Shown: one piece after another, positions 1-8,511 of the stretch
How positions within the stretch are numbered: position 1 is the stretch's first letter
How the letters are laid out: each line of letters begins with the position of its first letter
Assembly (NCBI GenBank): GCA_015484985.1
Contig: WFUL01000173.1
Coordinates: 1 to 33,776 of the forward strand
DNA: 33,776 nucleotides
Reading direction: 5' to 3'
From: Anaerolineales bacterium
GTDB lineage: Bacteria > Chloroflexota > Anaerolineae > Anaerolineales > DRMV01
Made by a program: the position numbers and the translations under genes
The notes under the pieces: generated by a model
The model's input: the letters and a program-made list of their open reading frames with translations, nothing else
Databases searched by the model: none
What the model was told of the DNA's origin: nothing

Positions 1-466
1 TGGCTTTTCGTACCAACATCCAGCGCAACATATCCGCAGGAAACCGCTTCCAGTTGTCTTTGTTCAGAAGATTCTCCCGCTTAGCATCTTCAGGTGTCAC
101 CTCAAACGTAATGCTGGTCGTACCATCCCAGCGAGTAAACGTCGCTTTTGCCCGCCGGGCCGTGGTCTCGTGCCACTTCACCTTCCCGCCCCGGCTCAGG
201 AACAGGGCCAACATCGCCTGGGCGGACATCGTGGGTCGCCCTTTCACCACATGGAACACACCGAACGCCTGGGCGGGATGCATCCCCAGAGCGTGGGCCA
301 TCATCACGATGGCAAACGCCTGGTCCTTGTCCCGCACGTCGAAAAAGCCCGACCGGGCAAAACGCTCGGCTATGCGCTCCAACGCCTCTATCGTCCATTC
401 CGCCCGCATGGGCGCTATCTGAGACCGCTGCGACTCGTGTTCGTAACGGGCCAGTTCTTCCGTCAT
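1..466 (-). CDS. RecT/Red-beta-like single-strand annealing protein (3' end runs off the window)
   Basis: Not in the ORF track because there is no stop in the window. ATG at 466..464 follows TGAAGGAGGTGTGCC. 155 open codons: MTEELARYEHESQRSQIAPMRAEWTIEALERIAERFARSGFFDVRDKDQAFAIVMMAHALGMHPAQAFGVFHVVKGRPTMSAQAMLALFLSRGGKVKW...NWKRFPADMLRWMLVRKA. The pattern (LG-hPxQA, I-x-G+P, late W..FP..ML+) resembles the RecT/Bet family from memory. Confidence 0.55.
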   Translation of the reverse strand, partial: MTEELARYEHESQRSQIAPMRAEWTIEALERIAERFARSGFFDVRDKDQAFAIVMMAHALGMHPAQAFGVFHVVKGRPTMSAQAMLALFLSRGGKVKWHETTARRAKATFTRWDGTTSITFEVTPEDAKRENLLNKDNWKRFPADMLRWMLVRKA

Positions 467-478
467 GGCACACCTCCT

Positions 479-1153
479 TCAGCTTAGGCTGAAAGGCCCT
501 TTCAGGCCAAAGTTCCCAAAAATCTTTCCGGCAAAGTCCATCATGATTCGATGGACACGCTCAAGCAGGTTCTGAAGGTCCCGAAAATCACCACTTTTCA
601 GAGCCTTTTCCAAGTCCCGGTAGAACGCCTGTTCTATATCCTGGTGTCCTTTGCCGAAGTAAAGCACCCGGGACCGATATATGGCATCGGCCAACATCCA
701 GGCGATATTCTCTACAGCCAGTCGCTTTTCTACTGGAACCTTATCGGGCGGCAACACCATCGCGGTCAAGTAAGCGAAAATCGAACCATGCATCAGGTTC
801 CAGAAGTGCTCCGGGCCTCCTCCCGCATGCCGGACGCCCTGGGCATACTTCAGGGTCGTACGCAATACAGGCGAAATGGCTCCGGCCCAGGGCATCCCAA
901 ACACATGTGCCATCTCCGCAACCATGCGCTCGATAACAAATTGCGCCAGCGGTTCAGGAACGTATTCCCTGGCCTGTTGGTCCAGGTCGTCTCGCATATG
1001 CACGGCGATGAACAACACCATCGCGTAGAAATCAGTCATATAGTCCACCACGCGAACGGACACCGCAGGCCGCTCATTCCCTTCCTTCAGGAAACGCTCC
1101 AGGTCTTCCTGAAGGACGCGCAAAAATTCGAGAAAAGATTCCCGATGTCCCAT
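479..1153 (-). CDS. hypothetical protein (224 aa, predicted helical), member of the MoxR-VWA operon
   Basis: Internal ATG at 1153 is preceded by AGGAGGTGTGTC. The track's longer N-terminal extension (to 1318) overlaps the upstream gene and reads as low-complexity junk. No motif recognised. Confidence 0.75.
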   Translation of the reverse strand: MGHRESFLEFLRVLQEDLERFLKEGNERPAVSVRVVDYMTDFYAMVLFIAVHMRDDLDQQAREYVPEPLAQFVIERMVAEMAHVFGMPWAGAISPVLRTTLKYAQGVRHAGGGPEHFWNLMHGSIFAYLTAMVLPPDKVPVEKRLAVENIAWMLADAIYRSRVLYFGKGHQDIEQAFYRDLEKALKSGDFRDLQNLLERVHRIMMDFAGKIFGNFGLKGPFSLS

Positions 1154-1163
1154 GACACACCTC

Positions 1164-1913
1164 CTAACGTCGAGATTGCAGTTCCGCTTCCAGGGCTTCC
1201 AGGACTTCGTACAGGGGTGGCTGAGTCTGGGAGAACACGATGTAGTCGGGATGCGCAGCCACACCGCCCAGGGCTTCCAGTTTCTCCCGGACCTTCTCCG
1301 GGACGGGACGCCCACCACGCCGGGCTACCACCACAACCCGAAACTCCGGCGCGCCGATATACCAGTCGTAGCCACGGCGCGCAAACATCTCGTTCATCAT
1401 GTTGCGCGCCACGGTCACAATGGCAACCGACTCCCCGTCCGCCGTCCGGGCAACCATCGGGGCATAGGCCAGAAGTTCCTTCCTGGCCCAGTCCAGGCGC
1501 TTCATTAGGGCCGGAAACCGGTCCCGGAGCCAGCGCACAAACCGCTTGGTCTGCCAGTCCTGGGCGGGCACGCCCAGGGCCATGTCCAGCACCTGGAACA
1601 GTTCGGATTCCTCGCCCGGTTCCAGGATGTCCCGCAGGCCCCAGACGGCCCACTTCAGGCTTCCCCAACCGAAACGGTCCTTGCTGGTTCCGCCCCGGGC
1701 TGCCTCGGACAGGTACAGAACCAGCACGCGCATCTTCGCAATTTCCTGCATCACCGTGAAATTCATCTGGTCCGCAGCCAGAGCCAGGTTCAGGCCCTGG
1801 TGAATAGCGGCCCAAGTCTCATCCCCATCCCACTCTTCCCGCAGGACGGGCAGCGGGATAGGTTTCTGGGCCAGGTACTCATACACAAGTCGGGGAATGC
1901 TTTTTGTAATCAT
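1164..1913 (-). CDS. hypothetical protein (249 aa), member of the MoxR-VWA operon
   Basis: ATG after GAAGGAGGAGAGTC. ATGA overlap with the upstream gene's stop (1910-1913). No motif recognised. Confidence 0.8.
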   Translation of the reverse strand: MITKSIPRLVYEYLAQKPIPLPVLREEWDGDETWAAIHQGLNLALAADQMNFTVMQEIAKMRVLVLYLSEAARGGTSKDRFGWGSLKWAVWGLRDILEPGEESELFQVLDMALGVPAQDWQTKRFVRWLRDRFPALMKRLDWARKELLAYAPMVARTADGESVAIVTVARNMMNEMFARRGYDWYIGAPEFRVVVVARRGGRPVPEKVREKLEALGGVAAHPDYIVFSQTQPPLYEVLEALEAELQSRR

Positions 1914-2662
1914 GACTCTCCTCCTTCGTCGGAAGTCTCGGGTTGTGTTGTACTGCTTGTTATCTGAAATCGTAGATTTATGGTCGTAACTGTGGAATTC
2001 GAAAGTGGCGGTTTTTCAGGCACGGAAAAGCCCGGCACCGAAACGGCAGGGTTCGGCAGGGCATCATCGGGGTTGGTGGTCAGCACCAGGCACAGGTCAA
2101 AGTCCATGTCAAAAGTAATGCACACCGCCCCGCCAAAATTCTTCGGGTCCAGCAAAAACCCGGATTTCGGCGAACCACGGTCGCCAAGCCACCATCGGGC
2201 AACCAGGGTGCGGATGGAAACCACGGGCACCCTCTGTTTCCACACCAAAGCCTCTGTGTTCCAGGTTACCCGGGCCGTGCGCCAGATGTTTCCTTCTTCC
2301 AGGTCCCAATCGGTGTACCGCCAGCGGGGGCGAACCTTGATAGCCGGGACCTCAACCAGACGATGGTCCTGGTCCCGCATCTTCAGAACCGTCGTGCCCA
2401 GAAGGAACGTCATCATGATGGCCCGGGCCTGGGCCAGGTCGGTCTGGTCATGCTTCCAGCGCACGAAAGGCTGAAGGAACACCGGATAGGTATGAACCGC
2501 GAGCACGCCTGGGACGTAGCGGACCACGCCATTGCGCTCGGTCACCAGTTCGCCCAGAACGCCGGCCTCTCGGACGTAGAGGTGCATCAGCGCCGGAGCA
2601 AACCGGGCCATCTCATGGCTGTTTTTCACGAATTCGTAGACCTCCCGCATGACGTCCTGCAT
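1910..2662 (-). CDS. hypothetical protein (250 aa), member of the MoxR-VWA operon
   Basis: Start MQDVMREV at 2662 is preceded by GGAGGAGTGAG and lies 1 nt after the VWA stop codon. No motif recognised. Confidence 0.8.
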   Translation of the reverse strand: MQDVMREVYEFVKNSHEMARFAPALMHLYVREAGVLGELVTERNGVVRYVPGVLAVHTYPVFLQPFVRWKHDQTDLAQARAIMMTFLLGTTVLKMRDQDHRLVEVPAIKVRPRWRYTDWDLEEGNIWRTARVTWNTEALVWKQRVPVVSIRTLVARWWLGDRGSPKSGFLLDPKNFGGAVCITFDMDFDLCLVLTTNPDDALPNPAVSVPGFSVPEKPPLSNSTVTTINLRFQITSSTTQPETSDEGGES

Positions 2663-2663
2663 C

Positions 2664-4202
2664 TCACTCCTCCATAACCTCATCGAAGACTCGGGCCACC
2701 AAGGGCACGGCCTGTTCCACGAAAGCCTTTGGCTCGGCCACGGTCAGGGCCATGCCCCGGACGCCCGGGACCTGAGAGAAGTACTCCACCACCTCCTCGG
2801 CACCGTGCCCAATACCAAGAAAGGCAAAACGCACGCCCTGGACCGCCAGTTCTGCCACCTTCGTGAGTGCTTCCTCGGCATCGTAAAAATCCATGTCGGT
2901 GATGACCACCACGTCAGCGGCCCGAAATTCGCTCTCCTCCAACAGGTCCTGTACCTGCCACAGGCCCCGCAAGAATCGTGTCCCACCGCCCTCCCAGGCC
3001 GCCACAGCCCGGGCCATATCCTGGGGGGCTTCAATGACCTGTCTCCAGGCCGACCCTGAAAAACCCACATACGCCACGGGCCGGCCTTCCTCGTGGACAG
3101 CCTGGGCCAAAGCGTAGAACAGGGCCTTGGCGTGAATGCGCAAACCATCCATCGAACCGGACTCATCCAGGACGAAAATCACCGGCCCATCGGCCTTCCC
3201 AGGGGCCATGTCCAGGCCGAGGGTCTGGCGCTGCTGCAAGCGCCGAATTTGCTCGGCCCGGACCACGGCCGGAACCTGGGGAGCCAGGCGGACCAATTCA
3301 AAAGGAAGAAGGGCCAGCACATTGTCCGTACCCTGGACACGGCCCCGGATGCCCCGGTTGTCCAGGCCCTGCATAGCCTGATTTAGCCGGGACCGCAGGG
3401 CACGACCCAGGCGCACGATGTCCAGGGCCTGCATGTCACCCAGGACGCGTAGCAGGTTCAGGTCCCAGGTCCGCTCTTGGACCTCGGTCCCCGCCCCAGG
3501 CATAGCCTGCTCCATATCCTTTGCCGCGCCCTCGCCCTGGGCGACGCTCTGGATTTCCCACTCAATCTGCTTGCCCTGTTCTTGCATCATCTGAGCCATC
3601 GCCTGGGCCATTGCCTGGGCCATTGCCTGGGCCAGGTCTTGACCTTGTCCCTGCCCCTGTCCCTGGCCTTGCTGGCCGCCATTGTCTCCATCATCCCCAC
3701 CACCTTCACCAGGCGGCTCTTCACGGAACAGGTACTGTGCCAGGCCCTGGGCGACCCTTTCCCAGGCTGCCGCGGACCGGTACAGGCTGTAACGTGTGGA
3801 CCGAACCAGACGCATGAGGTCCCGGTACTGGTCCGGGTACTGTTCCTTCAGAAGGCCCAGGGCTTCCCGAATGCGGGAAACACCGGGACCGGAAGGGTCG
3901 CCGCCCAAAATGCCTATCATCATGGACGGCCCGGAAATCAGAGAAGTCAGGCCGCCCCCGCCCGACACCTTTTCCGAGTCATCCGGGCGGAGACGACCCT
4001 CGAAGAAGAGCCAGTACAGGTCCCCCAGGGCTCCCTCGATGGCCGGGACCTGGGAGACCTTCTCGTCCGGGACCTCGGTCCGCACCTGTTCCCGCACCCC
4101 CAGGGCGCGCAACAGCATGGCGTGCCGCGCATCCCCGGGGATGCGGACCTGGGTCTCACGGCGAATATGTGCCGGGTTCAGGTTCAGAATAACCTCGCTC
4201 AT
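2664..4202 (-). CDS. von Willebrand factor A (VWA) domain protein, ViaA/CoxE/CobT-like
   Basis: C-terminal VWA fold with MIDAS motif DESGS (VIFVLDESGSMDG ... GGGTRF ... VVVITDMDF). An LLPFELVRL...RRLQQRQ segment sits upstream, as in ViaA/CoxE-type proteins. Central low-complexity (GQ)n/(AQAM)n linker. ATGA overlap with the MoxR gene. Confidence 0.9.
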   Translation of the reverse strand: MSEVILNLNPAHIRRETQVRIPGDARHAMLLRALGVREQVRTEVPDEKVSQVPAIEGALGDLYWLFFEGRLRPDDSEKVSGGGGLTSLISGPSMMIGILGGDPSGPGVSRIREALGLLKEQYPDQYRDLMRLVRSTRYSLYRSAAAWERVAQGLAQYLFREEPPGEGGGDDGDNGGQQGQGQGQGQGQDLAQAMAQAMAQAMAQMMQEQGKQIEWEIQSVAQGEGAAKDMEQAMPGAGTEVQERTWDLNLLRVLGDMQALDIVRLGRALRSRLNQAMQGLDNRGIRGRVQGTDNVLALLPFELVRLAPQVPAVVRAEQIRRLQQRQTLGLDMAPGKADGPVIFVLDESGSMDGLRIHAKALFYALAQAVHEEGRPVAYVGFSGSAWRQVIEAPQDMARAVAAWEGGGTRFLRGLWQVQDLLEESEFRAADVVVITDMDFYDAEEALTKVAELAVQGVRFAFLGIGHGAEEVVEYFSQVPGVRGMALTVAEPKAFVEQAVPLVARVFDEVMEE

Positions 4203-5443
4203 TCCTCATCCTCCTCGGTTTCCTGGAAATACTCAGGCATGACCTCCCGCACCCAGTCAGGCACCAGGGCCTGCCATCCGGTACCGCGCAAGGCCGCTCC
4301 CAAAACGTCCTGCAAGGTCTTCATCTCTTCCTTCCATTCCTGAGTCGCGGCCACTCCCGCGGCCTGAGCGTCTTTCTCGACGTTCTTGGCGGCCTCGATG
4401 ACGGCCTGTAAAGCCATGACATTCATTTGTTCCTGGCCCTGGGCCTCATCCAGGAATTGCCGCCAGACTGCTTCCAACAGACCTCGAACCTTTGTCCGGG
4501 CACCCCCGCCCAGGGGTTGCGCAAACAAGTCAGCAATGACTGCCCGAATGTCAGCCGAGGGCGCGGGCAGGGTCAGAGGCAACAGGCCAACCCAGACATC
4601 CGCCACGGCCCCAGGGATGTTGTGGTTGTTGGCCCGCACCAGAAAAGCCACCCCAGACACCAGGAGCCGCGCCCATTGGCGCTCAAGCCGAGGCGTCAAA
4701 CGCTCCCGGATGGTCGCCAGGGCGTTTTGGACCTGCTGTTCACCCATACCCCCCAAACCCAGAAGGGCTACCACCTGGTCATCAGGCATCGCCAGCAGGT
4801 CCAGGAACCGGGCCAGGATGCCCGTGGCCTCCTGGACAGCCTGGGCCTTTTCTTCATCCGAGGGGCCGCTTTCGAACAGTTCCCAGGCCACGGGAGCCAT
4901 ATCTGCCACGTGCTGACGCACCGCACCAATGACCGGGTCGCTCTGCCCGGCCAGGGCATGCGCCCGAAAAATATCGAGTAGATGCTTTTTCTCTGGGTCG
5001 GTCTTCCACTCAATCCAGACCGCAAACCGGCTTGCCAGAGCCTCGAACCGTTGGCCGCGGGGCCACCAGTTCGCGGTGGCAACCGTGACCATATGGCGAC
5101 CCTGGGGCGGGTCCAAGACGGGCAAGAGCGCATCCAAAGCGGCCTCGTTAGCGCGGCTGATTTCATCAAAGAGCCAAGCGGAAATTTGCTGGTCGTGAGG
5201 TGTGCCAACGCGGCTGATGACCAACCGCCCGGACTGCAAGTATTCGGCCACGTCCACGGCCCCACTTACCACCTCGGGCGGCGTGTTTGGGGCGAATTCA
5301 ATCACCCCAAAGCCACCTTCACCAAAGACCTCGGCCAACACCGCCCAGGTGGTCTTGGTTTTGCCCCATCCGGGCGGACCCACAAGCAGGACATGCTCAC
5401 GGGCGGAAATGGCGATAAGCAGGGACTCAATTCGACTTAGCAT
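4199..5443 (-). CDS. MoxR-type AAA+ ATPase
   Basis: Walker A LLVGPPGWGKTK. MoxR-style Walker B WLFDEISRANEAALDALLPVLD. Sensor-1 TVATAN. LASRF Arg. Start MLSRIESLL at 5443 follows AGGAGGTGCATC. Confidence 0.9.
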   Translation of the reverse strand: MLSRIESLLIAISAREHVLLVGPPGWGKTKTTWAVLAEVFGEGGFGVIEFAPNTPPEVVSGAVDVAEYLQSGRLVISRVGTPHDQQISAWLFDEISRANEAALDALLPVLDPPQGRHMVTVATANWWPRGQRFEALASRFAVWIEWKTDPEKKHLLDIFRAHALAGQSDPVIGAVRQHVADMAPVAWELFESGPSDEEKAQAVQEATGILARFLDLLAMPDDQVVALLGLGGMGEQQVQNALATIRERLTPRLERQWARLLVSGVAFLVRANNHNIPGAVADVWVGLLPLTLPAPSADIRAVIADLFAQPLGGGARTKVRGLLEAVWRQFLDEAQGQEQMNVMALQAVIEAAKNVEKDAQAAGVAATQEWKEEMKTLQDVLGAALRGTGWQALVPDWVREVMPEYFQETEEDEE

Positions 5444-5471
5444 GATGCACCTCCTCATTTGATATTCCAAA

Positions 5472-5515
5472 GCCCCGGGCCGGAGTCGAACCGGCCCAAA
5501 CGCTACCCGCGGGGC
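5472..5515 (-). ncRNA. tRNA 'top-half' minihelix-like element (acceptor-like stem plus T-arm, no D or anticodon arm)
   Basis: Minus strand reads GCCCCGC-GGGTAGCGTTTGG-GCCGG-TTCGACT-CCGGC-CCGGGGC-t. It has a 5-bp T-stem, a 7-nt TTCGACT loop and a contiguous 3' acceptor strand pairing (6 of 7) with the 5' end. It starts at the G of the upstream TAG stop. Confidence 0.4.
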
Positions 5516-6141
5516 TACTTCGAAGCAATCAGGGCCTCAATCGCGGTTTTCACAGTCTCCAGTTGCTCCAGGTCCATATCCTGGAGCAGTTGCAACACCG
5601 CGGCCACCTTCGGGTCCACTTCGGTATCGCCACCATTGGCCCGGGCCTGGAGTTCGGCCTTACGCCGCTCCAGTTCGGCCAGGGCCTGTCGGTACACCTT
5701 CTTGGCAGCGGCCAGGATATCCGCCACAGCCTCATCGGGGACCCGATGCTTCTGGGGCAGGTAACCCATCCAGCGGAGATGCCCGGGATGGACCCTCACC
5801 CAGGCATCTGCGATACGAAGTACCGCACTATCGCGCCGGATGGCGCAACCAGTGCGAAAATCTTTCACGAGACGCTTCTTGGCCTCGTAGGTGTCGGGAT
5901 GTTTCCTGCTTCCCCCGATACCGTTGGGAAAGGTGATGTCCAGCATCACCTCCCCGTCCTTTTCATAGGCCACAACCCAAATGGGCATCTCGATGATGGT
6001 TGGCTCCTCATGAGCCAGAGCGGAAGGCTTCTCTTGGCGGGCAACCCAACCAGTAAATTCGACGGCCAGGACTTCATGGTCCTGGTCTAATTCGGGCATC
6101 TCACTTCGCTCAATTCGGAAATACTCCGTTCGGCCAATCAT
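5515..6141 (-). CDS. hypothetical protein (208 aa), first gene after promoter P4
   Basis: ATG at 6141 (MIGRTEYF) follows GAGGAGTGAGAGCG. An alternative ATG lies at 6159. C-terminal coiled-coil-like region. No motif recognised. Confidence 0.75.
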   Translation of the reverse strand: MIGRTEYFRIERSEMPELDQDHEVLAVEFTGWVARQEKPSALAHEEPTIIEMPIWVVAYEKDGEVMLDITFPNGIGGSRKHPDTYEAKKRLVKDFRTGCAIRRDSAVLRIADAWVRVHPGHLRWMGYLPQKHRVPDEAVADILAAAKKVYRQALAELERRKAELQARANGGDTEVDPKVAAVLQLLQDMDLEQLETVKTAIEALIASK

Positions 6142-6177
6142 CGCTCTCACTCCTCTCATTTGGGATTTTCACCCCCT

Positions 6178-6205
6178 ATTATACAGAGACTGTCCGGCTT
6201 GTCAA
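6178..6205 (-). promoter_or_regulatory. consensus sigma70-type promoter P4
   Basis: Minus strand: AAAACCCC TTGACA (16 nt) TATAAT AGGGGGTGA. Same cassette as P1-P3. Confidence 0.8.
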
Positions 6206-6222
6206 GGGGTTTTTACGAAAAA

Positions 6223-6243
6223 GGGCCGGGAAAATCCCGGCCC
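6223..6243. terminator. bidirectional intrinsic terminator
   Basis: GGGCCGGGA-aaa-TCCCGGCCC is flanked by an A-run and a T-run on both strands. The stem sequence is the same as at 33331-33352. Confidence 0.8.
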
Positions 6244-6261
6244 TTTTTGTTAAAAAAACTA

Positions 6262-6570
6262 TCAACGTAAGCGCCCAACGGCCCGCAGGGCCTCCTCGAT
6301 GGTGTGCACCACAACAACCTTCCCGGCAAGGTGCCAAGACTTCCAGGTTTCGAAAAATCGACGCTCAGCCTCGGTAAAACGCTCCCGGCCTGGCGTCTTC
6401 AGTTCCAACAGGAAAATCTCTGGCATATCGGTATAGCGATTCCATCCGCCCACCACCAGGTCCGGGAACCCGTTTCCCACACCCGACGCAACGAACACCG
6501 GACATCCAGCCTGGCGCAAAGCATGAACAATGTCACGCTGAACCGTATCTATCTTTCCGGCCCGTCGCAT
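6262..6570 (-). CDS. VRR-NUC domain nuclease
   Basis: PD-(D/E)xK signature GFPDLVV ... LLELKTPG. About 100 aa. SD GGAGGTGAGCC. Confidence 0.8.
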   Translation of the reverse strand: MRRAGKIDTVQRDIVHALRQAGCPVFVASGVGNGFPDLVVGGWNRYTDMPEIFLLELKTPGRERFTEAERRFFETWKSWHLAGKVVVVHTIEEALRAVGRLR

Positions 6571-6868
6571 GGCTCACCTCCTGCAATCCTCGTCTTGAAG
6601 CCCACTCTGGCGGTGCGAATAGCCAGAGTTGCCCAGGCCGATACCTGGCCTGGAGACTGAGATGACATCGCTGACATAACGCCACCAAGTTCTCATAAGC
6701 ACAATTGGCAGGATTGCCATCCAGATGATGAACGGTCAAAGTGTGCCCCGTGGCCGGGTCATGTGGATGACCGCAATGCTCACATTTCCACCCGGCCCGC
6801 TCTTTCACCTGCCGGGCAATTGCATCCCAATCGTCTGGGTATCTTTCCCGTTTCCACGGCATCGTCAT
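6533..6868 (-). CDS. HNH endonuclease
   Basis: CEHCGHPHD...LTVHHLDGNPANCAYENLVALCQRCH (HNH with CxxC...CxxC). Confidence 0.9.
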   Translation of the reverse strand: MTMPWKRERYPDDWDAIARQVKERAGWKCEHCGHPHDPATGHTLTVHHLDGNPANCAYENLVALCQRCHLSLQARYRPGQLWLFAPPEWASRRGLQEVSHATGRKDRYGSA

Positions 6869-6877
6869 ATCTCCTTG

Positions 6878-7753
6878 CTACTTCTCCGGCCCCTCGCCGT
6901 TTTGGGACATGGCAAATCGGCGCACGGCATAGGACGCCGTACTCGTGGACACCCCATAGCGCCGGGCGATTTCCCGAACGCCAGGCAGGGCATCCGGGCT
7001 TCCATAGTCCTGGCGCAAACGTTCCGCCAATCTGACCACAGCGGGGCGGCTCAGGCGGTCCTGTTCGCGCTGTTCGCGCGAACGTCCCTGCGAACGCCCC
7101 GAGAACGCCTGTTCCTTCAGGGCCTGGTACGCCTCGGTGCGTTCCCAAGCCTTTTTCAGGCCCATCTCCCAGGCCCGCATTTCCGCCTTCCAACGTTCCA
7201 GGGCCTGGCGGTTTCGAATGAGCACCGCCGCGGCATCCGCCCCGGCCACCTCAGACATACCAAACACCGCCAGGCTCCCGCCCACGCCCTGGGTCAAAAC
7301 CAACATCCATTCCACCACAGGGGCCAGGCCCTGGGCCAGGTCCTGAGTCATACCCAGGGCCTGAACCACGCCCGCGATGGCGGAGATAGACAGGAAGAGG
7401 CCCACCACGAGCCAATATCGAAAACCCGAACCCAGGTCGGCCTCATCGTTTTTCGTCGCCTGGTTCCAGGAACGCACATAGCCCAGGGTCGCCAGGCCGC
7501 CCTCGACGAAGAGCATAGCGAAAAAGGCTTCCAGGACGGCCAGGCCCTGGCCCAGGCCCGAAGCCTGCGCCGCCCGGTAAAAAGCGTGCGCGGTACGCAG
7601 GCTCACGGCCAGCACCCCGGCCAGGGCCGCCAGGATGAGGAACCACGTCCGCAAGGGCATCCCTTCCCGCAGGCTCGGTTTTTGTGGGGGCGGGACAACC
7701 CGGGCGTAATACTCCCGAAACCGCTCAAACGCCTGGGCCATCTCCATCGTCAT
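6878..7753 (-). CDS. membrane protein (about 4 TM) with a C-terminal helix-turn-helix
   Basis: Hydrophobic segments (WFLILAALAGVLAV, LAVLEAFFAMLFV, YWLVVGLFLSISAIAGVV, MLVLTQGVGGSLAVFG), then a charged coil and VREIARRYGVSTSTASYAVRRF. Confidence 0.75.
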   Translation of the reverse strand: MTMEMAQAFERFREYYARVVPPPQKPSLREGMPLRTWFLILAALAGVLAVSLRTAHAFYRAAQASGLGQGLAVLEAFFAMLFVEGGLATLGYVRSWNQATKNDEADLGSGFRYWLVVGLFLSISAIAGVVQALGMTQDLAQGLAPVVEWMLVLTQGVGGSLAVFGMSEVAGADAAAVLIRNRQALERWKAEMRAWEMGLKKAWERTEAYQALKEQAFSGRSQGRSREQREQDRLSRPAVVRLAERLRQDYGSPDALPGVREIARRYGVSTSTASYAVRRFAMSQNGEGPEK

Positions 7754-7763
7754 GGCCGCCTCC

Positions 7764-8498
7764 TCAGAAGTCCAGCAGGCTATTCAGGCGCTTCTGAATG
7801 CCCTTGGAGTCGGCCTTCTGGGTCTGGGTCTGGGGCTGAATGCCAGACCGGACCTGGGGCTTCGCCACCTTCTTCACCGGAACGGTTCGGACTGCAACGG
7901 GCTTCGGCCCCGTACCATTCACACTCTGGGCCATCCGGCGCAGGTAGGACGTGACCAGGATGCTCAGAGGTTCATTCGCACCGGACAGCAGGCCAATGAG
8001 CCCGGCCATCACCCGGTACATGACACCACCTTCCTTCCAGGCAAACCCGGGCGTATCGGCCAGGCCCATCCACACCCGCACGGGCGAGATGTCCACCAGG
8101 ATGTCGTACACGCCCACAGCCAGGGCCACAATGATAAGGGAGACCGAAGCCAGAAGCCCCAGGGCCTCTTTCCATGAGGGCTTGCGCAAACGCAGCCCGG
8201 ACCGAGGCAAGAGTTCGATGGCGATGTTCCAGAACACCATGCCCACCACAGACGTAGCCAGGCTGAAGGCGAAGAACAGCGCCCAGTCCGCCCAGGCATC
8301 GCCCGTATTCAGGTGGGGCAGGTTCATGTCCCAACCGACCGCGCCCACGGCCACGTCAATCAGCATCAGCGCCGGATAACCCAAGGCGGCCATGAGCAGG
8401 TTCAGTACCCGGCGCAAGACGTGGGTCACGTCCGAGACCATCGCCCAAAACTCCTCCGCTGACGCGTTCATCAGGTACTCCATGATACCACCACGCAT
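7764..8498 (-). CDS. multi-pass membrane protein with a basic C-terminal tail
   Basis: Start MRGGIMEY follows AAAGGAGGTGCGTT. There are several TM segments. C-terminus is K/Q/P-rich. Confidence 0.75.
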   Translation of the reverse strand: MRGGIMEYLMNASAEEFWAMVSDVTHVLRRVLNLLMAALGYPALMLIDVAVGAVGWDMNLPHLNTGDAWADWALFFAFSLATSVVGMVFWNIAIELLPRSGLRLRKPSWKEALGLLASVSLIIVALAVGVYDILVDISPVRVWMGLADTPGFAWKEGGVMYRVMAGLIGLLSGANEPLSILVTSYLRRMAQSVNGTGPKPVAVRTVPVKKVAKPQVRSGIQPQTQTQKADSKGIQKRLNSLLDF

Positions 8499-8511
8499 AA
8501 CGCACCTCCTT

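Noticed and set aside
479-1318. N-terminally extended ORF-track models (479..1318, 16136..16660, 12365..12892, 12091..12507, 26739..27083, 32330..32917, 8905..9138, 9396..9665, 7764..8531, 4199..5470, 27532..29685)
   Set aside because: The extensions overlap the preceding gene or intergenic hairpins, lack an SD and read as low-complexity sequence. In each case an internal ATG with a GGAGG 5-9 nt upstream gives a compact, non-overlapping gene.
3590-3690. Short tandem repeats that might suggest a CRISPR or VNTR locus
   Set aside because: The repeats are in-frame coding repeats of the VWA linker. There is no repeat-spacer organisation. No CRISPR array occurs anywhere in the window.
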